Program-made: the position numbers and the translations under genes
Shown: positions 19,111 through 28,493 of the stretch, piece after piece
Layout of the letters: each line of letters opens with the position of its first letter
Numbering within the stretch: position 1 is the first letter of the stretch
Notes under the pieces: generated by a model
Told to the model about the DNA's origin: nothing
Seen by the model: the letters and a program-made list of their open reading frames with translations, nothing else
The model's database searches: none
Source: Candidatus Krumholzibacteriota bacterium
GTDB taxonomy: Bacteria > Krumholzibacteriota > Krumholzibacteriia > JAJRXK01
Direction: 5' to 3'
DNA length: 64,000 nt
NCBI GenBank assembly: GCA_024276305.1
Contig: JAJRXK010000019.1
Location: 43,294-107,293 of the forward strand

Positions 19111-20949
19111 ATGAAGACTTCGAGAGCCTTTGGTTGGTGGAGTTACCTGTTCATTGCCCTCTCGGTCCTGGGCGGGAGCGTGCTGTCGCTTTCATCGGCG
19201 CACGCTGCGGCTCCGACCTCACGGGCGGTCTACGCATTTCTTCAGGGGGGAGAGATCGACGCGGACTTGGTCGGAGATCCGGCCACGCCCAGCCGGGATC
19301 TGAGAGTGAATGTTTGGCACGGCCGTGAGGACAACGACACCTATCGGCGCGGCGAAGCGATGACCGTGCACTTCCGCACGAATGCAGATCTCTACGTGGT
19401 CGTCTACCGCATCGACAGCGATGGGCAGGTAGAAGTGCTGTGGCCGACCACTCGATACGATGACGGATTCGTCTACGCCGATCACACCTACACTCTTCCC
19501 CGTCCGGGTTCGCCGGTGCGGCTGCGTGCGAGTCAGTTGCGTGGTGTGGAATACATCGAGGCCATCGCCAGCGAATATCCTTTCGATCTCCGCAATCTGG
19601 CCATCGATTTTCGTTTCGATCCGGATGCGCGGACGAACTACGACTACGAGGTATCGGGCGATCCCTTCCTGGCGGTGAACGACATCAACTTCGCCATCAC
19701 TGGACTCGACGCAGATGTCGAGTACGTGGTGACCGATTGGGCTCACCTCTATGTGGAGTCCAAGGTGGAGTATGCGCGCTATACCTGCCGACAGTGCCAC
19801 GATCAGGATGACGACGAGTACCATCCCTATGTCGACAAGTGTTCGACGGTGAACATCTACAACGATTGGGGTTGGCAGACGAGTTGGTACGATCGATTCG
19901 GTTGGTATCCCCTCTACTACGAACCCCCTTACTACTATTGGGACATCTCTTTCGGACGTCCCTATTGGTATCCCTACTATCCGCTCGTCTACAGTTGGCC
20001 TGCCTACTCGGTCTACAGTCGACCTTATCCCGTCTACTGGTGGTACGACTCTCCTTACGACTATGTCGACTACCGGGTGCGCTACAAGAAGAACTGGCGC
20101 CACTACCGATCTCTCTACGATCTGGACAATCCGCGAGTCCGCAGGGCGGTGCGTGATTTCGATCAGGCGCGAGGCACGGACCGGAGCCCGGTGAGCATGC
20201 GCGATGGGCTTCGCTCTCGGTCGGCTCGGGGAAGGATCGACGAGGATCGGCTGGTTCGGAGTCGGATGCCCGCGCGCAAGCACCGTGGGGACGTGGGGCC
20301 TCTGGTCCAGAGTCGGCGGGGAGGGTCGGATTTGGGCGACCGCACGCGGAGCCGCGGGGGACGAGTCCGCACGGATCTGTCGCGGCGGTCCCAGACCCGT
20401 CGGCTCGAGAGCCTGCCTCGAGTGAGGGACGCGGATCGGAGTCGGGACCTTCGCAACCGTGGGGAACGTCGGTGGACCCGGCCGGTCATTCGCAATCGTG
20501 AGGAGCCGCACAAGGGCCGAAACCGGTCAGGATCCGCGGTCGATCGAGATCGCAGTCGCCGCCGGTCGGAGTCTGTGGTCGACCGAGATCGCAGTCGTCG
20601 CCGGTCAGGATCCGCGGTCGACAAGGATCGCCGGCGACAACGATCGCAGTCGGAGGCCCGGAAGGATCGGAGCGGGGGACGGGAACGCAGCCGTGAGGTG
20701 CGCCCGCCGAGTGGAGAACGTCGAGGGCGCAAGGGCGGTGGAGATGTGGCGCCGACTCGGAAGGAAGCTCCGCGATCCCGAGGGCAGAAGGTCGAGCCCA
20801 CGCGGCGTCAACGGGGATCCCGCGGTGGAGGCCGCGAGGTGGCTCCGTCCCGAGGAAGTCGGTCTCCCTCGAAATCTTCCGCTCCTCGGCGGTCTTCCAG
20901 GAAGAGCGGTGGTAATTCCAGACACGGATCCCGAGGCCGAAAGGGCTGA
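19111..20949 (+). CDS. Secreted DUF4384-like protein with Tyr/Trp-rich segment and Arg/Ser-rich disordered tail
   Basis: Signal peptide; YRRGE..FRTNADLYVVVY.IDSDG.V..LWP DUF4384-like pattern; low-complexity C-terminus. Confidence 0.7.
   Translation: MKTSRAFGWWSYLFIALSVLGGSVLSLSSAHAAAPTSRAVYAFLQGGEIDADLVGDPATPSRDLRVNVWHGREDNDTYRRGEAMTVHFRTNADLYVVVYRIDSDGQVEVLWPTTRYDDGFVYADHTYTLPRPGSPVRLRASQLRGVEYIEAIASEYPFDLRNLAIDFRFDPDARTNYDYEVSGDPFLAVNDINFAITGLDADVEYVVTDWAHLYVESKVEYARYTCRQCHDQDDDEYHPYVDKCSTVNIYNDWGWQTSWYDRFGWYPLYYEPPYYYWDISFGRPYWYPYYPLVYSWPAYSVYSRPYPVYWWYDSPYDYVDYRVRYKKNWRHYRSLYDLDNPRVRRAVRDFDQARGTDRSPVSMRDGLRSRSARGRIDEDRLVRSRMPARKHRGDVGPLVQSRRGGSDLGDRTRSRGGRVRTDLSRRSQTRRLESLPRVRDADRSRDLRNRGERRWTRPVIRNREEPHKGRNRSGSAVDRDRSRRRSESVVDRDRSRRRSGSAVDKDRRRQRSQSEARKDRSGGRERSREVRPPSGERRGRKGGGDVAPTRKEAPRSRGQKVEPTRRQRGSRGGGREVAPSRGSRSPSKSSAPRRSSRKSGGNSRHGSRGRKG
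20523..20639 (+). repeat. 39-bp coding tandem repeat, 3 copies (RSGSAVDRDRSRR)
   Basis: CCGGTCAGGATCCGCGGTCGA-like units start at 20523, 20562 and 20601. Confidence 0.85.
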
Positions 20950-21226
20950 AACATGATTGGACGTGGCGTTCCTCGACAGCCGCTTTGAGTGGACGATTCG
21001 AGCGTCGGCTCTTCCCGAGATGGTTGGCAGCCGGAAGCGGGGGGAGGGCAGTGCTGGGTCGGAGGAAACGCCTGCGGGGAGAGGGAGTAGGAATTGGGTC
21101 GTCGATCAGGGGTGGCGATCTGTTCCGGACCTCCCTCTTCCCGAGTTTTTTGTCGGATGCGGCTGTCGTTGACCGTGGGTGGGGACGATTCCTATACTGC
21201 GCCGTCTTCATCCCCGTGAGGTAGCC

Positions 21227-24200
21227 ATGTCGATTCCAGCGCTGAGAGGTCCCGGGCTCGTCATCGCGATTGCAGCCCTGACTCTCGCCTCGGCCGGGGG
21301 TCGCAGCGCCGGGGCGGAACCGGTGGCCTTCCCCTCCCTCGATCGGATGAAGGAGGCGACCCGCCTCTTGGTAGAAGGAGGACCGGGATTGAGTCCGCGC
21401 AACATGAAGGACGTTCAACTCGATCGCCTTCTCCGCAAAGCGGCTCCATCCCAGCTCCGAGTATTGGTCGTCGGTTGCGATTTCAGTGACAGCTTGATGT
21501 GGGGGCGTGACCGCAGCGCCTTCGTGGGCTGGCCGGAGGGCCGGCGCATCGCGCAGCGGATTCCGGGCACCGACATTCCCATGTTCACAGCTCACGACTC
21601 CACCTACTTCGATCTGCAGATGAGTCGGGTGAACGAATACTTCCGGAGCGTGAGCTTCGACCGTTTTCGTCTGCAGTGGGATGTGTACGGGTCAATCGTC
21701 AATCTCCCGCGACCGATGGGATGGTACGGCGATCCGGACAGTAGTGATGTGCGGACCGTCGCGATGGCCCAGGAAGTCATCGATGCGGTGGATGCGGAAA
21801 TCGATTTCGGAGCTTACGACACCTTGGTGTTGATCCACGCGGGAGCAGGGAGCGAGACGGATATTCTCGGAGACAGTCCACAGCAGATCCCCAGCAACTA
21901 CCTCGATCGGCGCGACTTTTCCAGGGCATCGGAGGCGGGGCTCTTGGCTCAACCGCAGTTGCTCAGTGGCGAGGGCCCGGTCGAGCACGTCTTGATCCTA
22001 CCCGAAGCCGAAAGCCAGGATCCTTTCCCCGAGGCGGGACTGTCGGGGTTCTTCGACGTCCTGGGCGTCTATTGCTTCGAGTTCGGGCTGCGGCTCGGAA
22101 TGCTCAGTTTGACCGACTTCACCCCCGAAGGGCGTCCCGACAGTCAGGGGATCGGGAACTTCGGACTGATGGGGTTCGGACTCTTCACCGGCCTGTCGAT
22201 CGTTCCTTCCGCGCCGAGCGCGATCAATCGCTACCTCATGGGTTGGGTGGATGCGGTCGAGGTGAGAGCGGATGCCGACCTGCGTCTGAGGGCGATGGGA
22301 CCCACGGTGGCGGATGGAGATACACTTCTGATCAAAGTTCCGATCAACGATCGGGAGTACTGGCTTCTGGAGTACCGGCTCCAGGATCCCAACGGCGATC
22401 TCTTCTACACCTTCGCCGACTCCAACGGGGATCGAGTGCCGGACTATTGGGATGCCGACAGCAGCCTTGGCAACGGCCGTCCCACTTCATCCTACGATCC
22501 CGCCACCGACTGGTGGGAGAGCACGCTGAATTCGGAGTGGGACTATTTCATGAGCGAGAATCCGGCGCGCAGTGACGACCGCTGCATGCGAGCCGGTGGC
22601 AGCGGAGTCTACATTTATCACATCGACGAACGCGTCATCGAGAACTCGATTCTGTCTGGAGTGAACACCATCAACGCAGACCCGGATCACAAGGGAGTCG
22701 ATGTCGAGGAAGCCGATGGCATTCAAGACCTCGACTCGTCTCGGCCGAGCGAGTACCTCCTGGGCTGGGACGGAGATGCTTGGCGGGGCGAGGGCTCGAC
22801 CGACTTCGGACCGGACACTCTTCCCGCGACGGACACTGCTTCGGGTCTGCCCACCGGGATCCGCTTTTCTCGCTTCTCCACGGTGACGGTGGACACCCTG
22901 CCCCGAGATGATCAGGGCAATTGCACGGGATTCTCCTATCGACCGGCGATGACCTTTCGAGTCGAGTTTCTCGGGTCCAGTGGCGGGCAATCCCTGGCCC
23001 ACCGCCTCTCGTTTCGAGGAATCGCTCCGCTTTCGGCGGCACGAGTCGTGGATCTGGGATCGGGCCCTTCCGATCCCAGCCCGGATGGTCTGCTCGAGAT
23101 CGTCGCCCTGGCGGATTCGGGTCGGGTGCTGGCATTCGACCGGGCCCTGGGGGACTGGACTGACGGGGACGGAGATCCCACCACCATCGGAGTCCTGGCG
23201 GTGGTGAACGGTCCGTCCCGAGTCGCGCGTTGGATCGGTGACCCTGCGGTGGTGGACTTCGACGGCGATGGCGACCTCGAGGTGCTGGCGGCGGCAACGA
23301 CGGGAATCATCGCCCTCTCCTTCGACGGGTCGGAGTTGATCGATGGAGATCGGAATCCGGCAACCCGCGGGGTGATGTGGACCTCGGCGCAGTGGGCTCC
23401 GGTGAGCGCGCCGGCGATCCTCGACGATCCCGATCGCAGCTGCATGCAGGTGGTCAGCGATGGCAGCCGGATTGCGGCGCTACGACTGAAGTGGGTCTCG
23501 GGAGTGGTGGAGGCAACGCTCTCCTCTGCGGTGAGCGGCCGGTTGCGGGGGCAGCCCGCTCTGGTGGAGGAGCCCGAGCCCCGCATCGTGGTCCCCTGGT
23601 CGGATGAGGAAGGGCCCGGATTTCTCTTCTTTCCCACGGGGTCGACCGAGGGGATTTCGAGAATGCGGACCGATCGTGCCCCGGCGGACCTGCCGGTGGT
23701 GACCTGGAAAGAGGCGCCGGTCGGGCCGGTGGTCCTCTGGACGGATTCGTTGGGTACGAGTCATCGCACCGAGATTCCGCCGAAGAACGCCGGATCGCTC
23801 GGCTCCGTGGCAGACGTGGCCTGGGAAGACCGCCGAGGTGACGAGGTGCCCGGAGCGCCGAGCATCCTCGTGGGTGCTGCACCCCGAGCGGCAGCGACGG
23901 ATGTGGTATGGGCCCGAGCTGCGGGAGGGGAACTCCATGCCCTCGATGCATCTCTTCGACTTCGTTCGGGATTTCCCATGAGTCCCCTGAGGAGCACCCC
24001 GGTTGCGGTGACCGATTCCTTGGTGGCGCCGCCCGCCATGGTCGATCTGGACGGGGATGGTCGGATCGAATTGATCTGGCACGAGGGCGAGGGGGCCTTG
24101 CATGCGGTGGACCTCGAGGGACGGGAACTCGTGGGCTGGCCCATCGCGGGGCCCGCGGAACCCTTGGGAGGTCCGATTCTTGCCGATCTGGACGGAGATC

Positions 24201-24688
24201 TCCTTCTGGAAATGGTCCTGATGGGCCGTTTCGAGTCCCTCGAAGCGGTGGATTCGCCAGGGCGTGGTTTCGCTTCGCAGGCCCGGGGGGAAGTGAGGAT
24301 CTATGATCTAGGGACGAGGGCGGACAGCTACGCGCCCGTGCGCCTGGGCGCGGTGGGCCTTCGAAATCAGGGGATCGTCCGCGCGGGTCCCGTCCGTGCT
24401 CCGGCGGGGTCGGCAGCCTTGGACGAGGCGAGCGTGGCCTTGCAGCCCAATCCTGCCGTGGGCTCTACTCTGCGGGTACGAGTGGTCGCAGGACGATCGG
24501 GGCCGGTCCGCGCGATTCTCTACAACCTCGAGGGCCAGGAAGTGGCAGCGAGCGCGGCGGTGTTCACGGAGTCCGCGAGTGCTTTCGATGAGTCGATCGA
24601 TATTTCCGGGCTCCGCTCGGGGCTGTATGTTTGTCGAATCGTTTCGGGTTCCGAATCGATTCTCAGGTCCTTCGCGGTGGCTCGATGA
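21227..24688 (+). CDS. Secreted M6 (immune inhibitor A)-like protein with FG-GAP repeats and T9SS-like C-terminal domain; HExxH degenerate
   Basis: IHAGAG, GIGNFGLMG, MGWVD, YHIDE and EEADG motifs; DFDGDGDLE/DLDGDGRIE repeats; QPNP..SGLYVC tail. Confidence 0.8.
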   Translation: MSIPALRGPGLVIAIAALTLASAGGRSAGAEPVAFPSLDRMKEATRLLVEGGPGLSPRNMKDVQLDRLLRKAAPSQLRVLVVGCDFSDSLMWGRDRSAFVGWPEGRRIAQRIPGTDIPMFTAHDSTYFDLQMSRVNEYFRSVSFDRFRLQWDVYGSIVNLPRPMGWYGDPDSSDVRTVAMAQEVIDAVDAEIDFGAYDTLVLIHAGAGSETDILGDSPQQIPSNYLDRRDFSRASEAGLLAQPQLLSGEGPVEHVLILPEAESQDPFPEAGLSGFFDVLGVYCFEFGLRLGMLSLTDFTPEGRPDSQGIGNFGLMGFGLFTGLSIVPSAPSAINRYLMGWVDAVEVRADADLRLRAMGPTVADGDTLLIKVPINDREYWLLEYRLQDPNGDLFYTFADSNGDRVPDYWDADSSLGNGRPTSSYDPATDWWESTLNSEWDYFMSENPARSDDRCMRAGGSGVYIYHIDERVIENSILSGVNTINADPDHKGVDVEEADGIQDLDSSRPSEYLLGWDGDAWRGEGSTDFGPDTLPATDTASGLPTGIRFSRFSTVTVDTLPRDDQGNCTGFSYRPAMTFRVEFLGSSGGQSLAHRLSFRGIAPLSAARVVDLGSGPSDPSPDGLLEIVALADSGRVLAFDRALGDWTDGDGDPTTIGVLAVVNGPSRVARWIGDPAVVDFDGDGDLEVLAAATTGIIALSFDGSELIDGDRNPATRGVMWTSAQWAPVSAPAILDDPDRSCMQVVSDGSRIAALRLKWVSGVVEATLSSAVSGRLRGQPALVEEPEPRIVVPWSDEEGPGFLFFPTGSTEGISRMRTDRAPADLPVVTWKEAPVGPVVLWTDSLGTSHRTEIPPKNAGSLGSVADVAWEDRRGDEVPGAPSILVGAAPRAAATDVVWARAAGGELHALDASLRLRSGFPMSPLRSTPVAVTDSLVAPPAMVDLDGDGRIELIWHEGEGALHAVDLEGRELVGWPIAGPAEPLGGPILADLDGDLLLEMVLMGRFESLEAVDSPGRGFASQARGEVRIYDLGTRADSYAPVRLGAVGLRNQGIVRAGPVRAPAGSAALDEASVALQPNPAVGSTLRVRVVAGRSGPVRAILYNLEGQEVAASAAVFTESASAFDESIDISGLRSGLYVCRIVSGSESILRSFAVAR

Positions 24689-24729
24689 AACGAAGCCGCC
24701 GATGCAATGGCAATACGAGGAGAATCTCC

Positions 24730-25668
24730 ATGATGCATCGCCCGCTCAATCTGGCCTTGGCAGGCCTCCTCGGCGTGGCTGTTCTCAGCTTCGCCCATCC
24801 TTCGACCGTGGACGCGGGCCAGCCTGGCGACGCGGGTCTGTTGTCGATGCGCTTGGGAATGGGGGGACGATCCGGAGGCATGGGAGAAACCGGAGTGGCG
24901 ACCACCCAGGATGCTACGGCGATGTACTGGAATCCGGCGAACATGGCCTATGCCAAGGGCACGCAGATCGCAGTGCAGCACATGGAGTACTTCGGACTCT
25001 TTCGCAAGGAAACCATGACCCTCGCTCACGAGACCGACTACGGCAGCTTCGGACTGCTCTTCAGCGGTTTCTACAGTGAGGACATCGATCGGACTGCACC
25101 GGATCCGGTGGGAGTGACCCAGGGGAGTTTTCGACCCTACGACGTGGTCGTGGGGGTCGGCTATGCGCGGGCCTTCGATCAGTTCTCTCTGGGGATCGTC
25201 ACCAAGTTCGTCTACGAGCGCATCGATGCCTATTCCGGGAGCGCGGGGGCGATCGACCTGGGAGTGACCCACCACGCGGCGATCGAAGGTCTCACCCTCG
25301 CGGCGGCAGTGCAGAACTTGGGGTCTTCGATGACTCTCAATCAGGAGAGCTTCGATCTGCCCCGCACCTTTCGCGCGGGTCTGGCCTACCGTCCCATGCC
25401 CCTCAGCTGGGCCGGTAGATTCCTGGGCACGGCCGAAATCGTCCTTCCCAATGATGGCAATAGTCGCCTCCATGCCGGGCTCGAGATCGAGCTCGATCCA
25501 TCCTTCCATCTGCGAGTGGGACACCGCTTCCAGTACGACACCTGGGGCCCGACCTTCGGAGCAGGTTTCCAGCGTGCGGGCCTACGAGTGGACTACGCCT
25601 ATATGGCCAACGACAACGATTTCGACACCACTCACCGATTCTCGCTCAGCTTGACCTCTCGCGACTAG
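24730..25668 (+). CDS. PorV/PorQ family outer-membrane beta-barrel
   Basis: GGRSGGMGETGVA..DATAMYWNPA motif; C-terminal VDYAY..THRFSL. Confidence 0.85.
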   Translation: MMHRPLNLALAGLLGVAVLSFAHPSTVDAGQPGDAGLLSMRLGMGGRSGGMGETGVATTQDATAMYWNPANMAYAKGTQIAVQHMEYFGLFRKETMTLAHETDYGSFGLLFSGFYSEDIDRTAPDPVGVTQGSFRPYDVVVGVGYARAFDQFSLGIVTKFVYERIDAYSGSAGAIDLGVTHHAAIEGLTLAAAVQNLGSSMTLNQESFDLPRTFRAGLAYRPMPLSWAGRFLGTAEIVLPNDGNSRLHAGLEIELDPSFHLRVGHRFQYDTWGPTFGAGFQRAGLRVDYAYMANDNDFDTTHRFSLSLTSRD

Positions 25669-26410
25669 GCGGGTCGAGGTCGAAGTGTTCGAGGACATCC
25701 AACACCTCGAGACGCCCCTCATGGAGGCGTCCCACGGTGTAGCTGCTCACCCAATCGCCCAGGTTCGTGAAGGTCCAATCCTCGAATTCGATTTGGCAGG
25801 GCGTGTGGACATGGCCGGTCACCAAGTGATCCACATCGGCGTGGGAATGGGATTCGCCATAGCGTTCGATGAGGCGGAGGATCTCCGGTCGACTGCTGCG
25901 GCCCGCGGCCCGCGACCGTCGTGAGATGAACAGGGCGAGACGGTGGAGGATCTCGGGGTGGATGGCCTTGGCGATGAAGACCAGAGTCGGATGTCGGACC
26001 GCCCTCCGGAAGAGCGAGTAGAATCGATCGGAGCTGAGAAGCCCGTCTCCGTGATTCAGGCGGAGGCGTAAGCCCTGGTGTTCGACGACGGCCCCGGCTT
26101 CGAGACTGGGGATCCCCAGCGATTCTCGGAGATAATCGGCACACCACACGTCGTGATTCCCACCCAAGAAGCGGATCTCGACTCCGCGGTCGAGGAGACG
26201 GCGCAGGGCGTAGAGGACCTCGAGGTGGGTCTTGGGCATGAAGGTGGGGTAGTCGAGCCAGAAATCGAAGATGTCTCCGAGCAGGTAGAGATGGGAGGCA
26301 TCATCGAGCTGGCCGACCCACGTACAGAATCGTTGCACCCGGAGGGAGTGGTCCTTCGGCTCTCCCGCACCGAAATGAGTGTCGCTGACGAAATAGACGC
26401 TCTTGGCCAT
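25646..26410 (-). CDS. lpxH: UDP-2,3-diacylglucosamine diphosphatase (LpxH-like)
   Basis: SDTHFG, LLGDIFDFW, GGNHD, HGD, GHVH and NLGDW motifs. Confidence 0.8.
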   Translation of the reverse strand: MAKSVYFVSDTHFGAGEPKDHSLRVQRFCTWVGQLDDASHLYLLGDIFDFWLDYPTFMPKTHLEVLYALRRLLDRGVEIRFLGGNHDVWCADYLRESLGIPSLEAGAVVEHQGLRLRLNHGDGLLSSDRFYSLFRRAVRHPTLVFIAKAIHPEILHRLALFISRRSRAAGRSSRPEILRLIERYGESHSHADVDHLVTGHVHTPCQIEFEDWTFTNLGDWVSSYTVGRLHEGRLEVLDVLEHFDLDPPSRERSS

Positions 26411-26579
26411 GGATTCGGGAGTTCCTGGCTCCCTGGCGCGATGAATGCGTGGAGAGGGAAGGGCTTCGAATGGGCCGCGGCAGCCGAGCCGGAGCCCAGA
26501 AGAAGATGATCGAGACTCGCCAAAGGAGCAAGTGCAGGCCAGAGGGGAGGCTTCGGCAATCGGTCGGTGGAGGCCTGGA

Positions 26580-26608
26580 TTGACGGACGGGTGTCCGTGG
26601 ACTAATCT
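26580..26608 (+). promoter_or_regulatory. Sigma70-type promoter upstream of the HtrA gene
   Basis: TTGACG-N17-TAATCT. Confidence 0.5.
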
Positions 26609-26814
26609 CAATCCAAGAGTTTCGAGGTCATCCCGCTCTGTGGACCGACCCATCTCAAGGGGCCCCACCCCTCCGGGCACGCAGAAGCGAAGAGCGATGC
26701 CGAAGCTCTCACTGGACGACGGCGCAGATTGCTCGCTCGTTTGCGGTTCGGATAGGTCACCGGTAGGGCGCCGATTGAGGCGTTGAGCCAACCGCAACAT
26801 GGAGGAGAGGCAGG

Positions 26815-28335
26815 ATGCTCTTGCGTCGTTTGCATACCCGGATTCTCATCCCAAGCGCCAGCGGAGACGCGTCGCGTGCGGCCCGTGTCGTGGGGCTGTG
26901 GATGGCGCTCGCGCTGGGGACGTGGTCTTCGGCGGCGGCCTCGCCGGCCACCGACGGAGATGGGGTGAATGTTGGAGTGGAGAGCCCCTTCGCGGTGGTC
27001 GCCGAGCATGTGATGCCGGCAGTGGTCTCGATCACGAGCAGCAAGTCCTTCACCCATCCCGATATCGAGGGAGACGATCCGGGGGACGATCTCTTCCGTT
27101 TCTTTCCCCGTCAGCGGCGTCTGCCCGGTCAGCGCTTCGAGATGCCCAGTTCGGGGAGCGGCTTTCTCGTCAGTGACGAGGGATACATCCTGACCAACAA
27201 CCACGTGGTGTCCGATGCGACGGAAGTGGAAGTTCTTCTGCCCGATGAGGTCCAGCCACGCAAGGCCGAGATCGTGGGCCTCGATCCCAGCACCGATCTG
27301 GCAGTGCTGAAGATCGACGTCTCCGACCGCAAGATCGCCTATCTTCGCTTCGGCGACTCGGATGAAGTTCGCGTGGGGGATTGGGCCATCGCCATCGGAA
27401 ACCCGTTGGGAGAGCTCGCCGGCAGCCTCACCGTCGGAGTGATCAGCGCGAAGGGGCGGAGTGACCTGAACATCCAAGGAGGCGCGCCGCGCTATCAGGA
27501 TTTTCTCCAGACCGATGCGGCCATCAATTTCGGCAATAGCGGAGGCCCGCTGGTCGATATCCACGGGCAAGTCATCGGAATCAATACCGCGATCAATGCG
27601 AGCGGCCAGAACATCGGATTCACCATTCCCATCAATCTTGCGGCCCACATCTTCGAAGAGATTCGTGACCATGGTCGAGTGGTCCGAGGTTATCTCGGGG
27701 TGCGCATGCGGACCTTGACTCCCGAGCTTGCAGCAGGTAGGGACCTCTCGATCGACGAAGGAGTTCTCATCGTCGAAGTCCGGCCGGATACCCCGGCCGA
27801 GAGAGGCGGGGTGAAGGTTGGGGATGTGATCGTGGAGTTCGACGGACAACCGATCCGCGAAGATCGGGATCTTCAGTTCCGGGTGGCCGACGCCAAGGTT
27901 GGATCGAGGCCGGTGCTGCAGGTGATTCGGGATGGAGAGCGGCTCGATCTGCCCGTCGAGCTGGTGGAATACCGTGAAGAAGATGTCCTTGCGGCCAGCG
28001 ACGCTCCGTTGGAGACGGGTGAGGTCTGGCTCGGAATCCGGGCGGCGGACGTGGCGGATGAGTCCAATCCGGAGGTCGGTCGTCTGCGAGATGCTTTCGA
28101 GGTCACAGAGGACCGAGGGGTCATCGTATTGGAAGTCGAAGCGGGGAGTGCGGCGGAGGCCGCCCGCCTGCAGGCGGGAGACGTGATCGTGGAGGTCGTG
28201 AACACTCCGATCGACTCGTTGGCGGACTTCGTGGCGGCATCGGAGCGCTATCGGGACCGAACCAAACCCATTGCTCTTCTCGTGAGGCGGGGAGAGATGA
28301 CGAGCTATCTCACGATTGATCCGGTCGACCAGTGA
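26815..28335 (+). CDS. Do/HtrA (DegP/DegQ) serine protease with two PDZ domains
   Basis: GSGF..LTNNHVV, DLAVLK and QTDAAINFGNSGGPL motifs; two PDZ domains. Confidence 0.95.
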   Translation: MLLRRLHTRILIPSASGDASRAARVVGLWMALALGTWSSAAASPATDGDGVNVGVESPFAVVAEHVMPAVVSITSSKSFTHPDIEGDDPGDDLFRFFPRQRRLPGQRFEMPSSGSGFLVSDEGYILTNNHVVSDATEVEVLLPDEVQPRKAEIVGLDPSTDLAVLKIDVSDRKIAYLRFGDSDEVRVGDWAIAIGNPLGELAGSLTVGVISAKGRSDLNIQGGAPRYQDFLQTDAAINFGNSGGPLVDIHGQVIGINTAINASGQNIGFTIPINLAAHIFEEIRDHGRVVRGYLGVRMRTLTPELAAGRDLSIDEGVLIVEVRPDTPAERGGVKVGDVIVEFDGQPIREDRDLQFRVADAKVGSRPVLQVIRDGERLDLPVELVEYREEDVLAASDAPLETGEVWLGIRAADVADESNPEVGRLRDAFEVTEDRGVIVLEVEAGSAAEAARLQAGDVIVEVVNTPIDSLADFVAASERYRDRTKPIALLVRRGEMTSYLTIDPVDQ

Positions 28336-28493
28336 TGGTCCGGCCAGGGAGATCCGAATTCGCGGTCGGAGAGCCACTCGCCATGGCTCGCGGCCACAAC
28401 CAGGACCCGGACTGCTTCGAAGGGTGGTGGTAGAACAGCCCGTCTCTCGGTACACCGGTACCGGGCAACTTCCCCAGGTCAGGAACCTGAACC

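Noticed and set aside
20523-20639. 39-bp repeats as a CRISPR array
   Set aside because: Contiguous in-frame coding repeats with no spacers and no cas genes.
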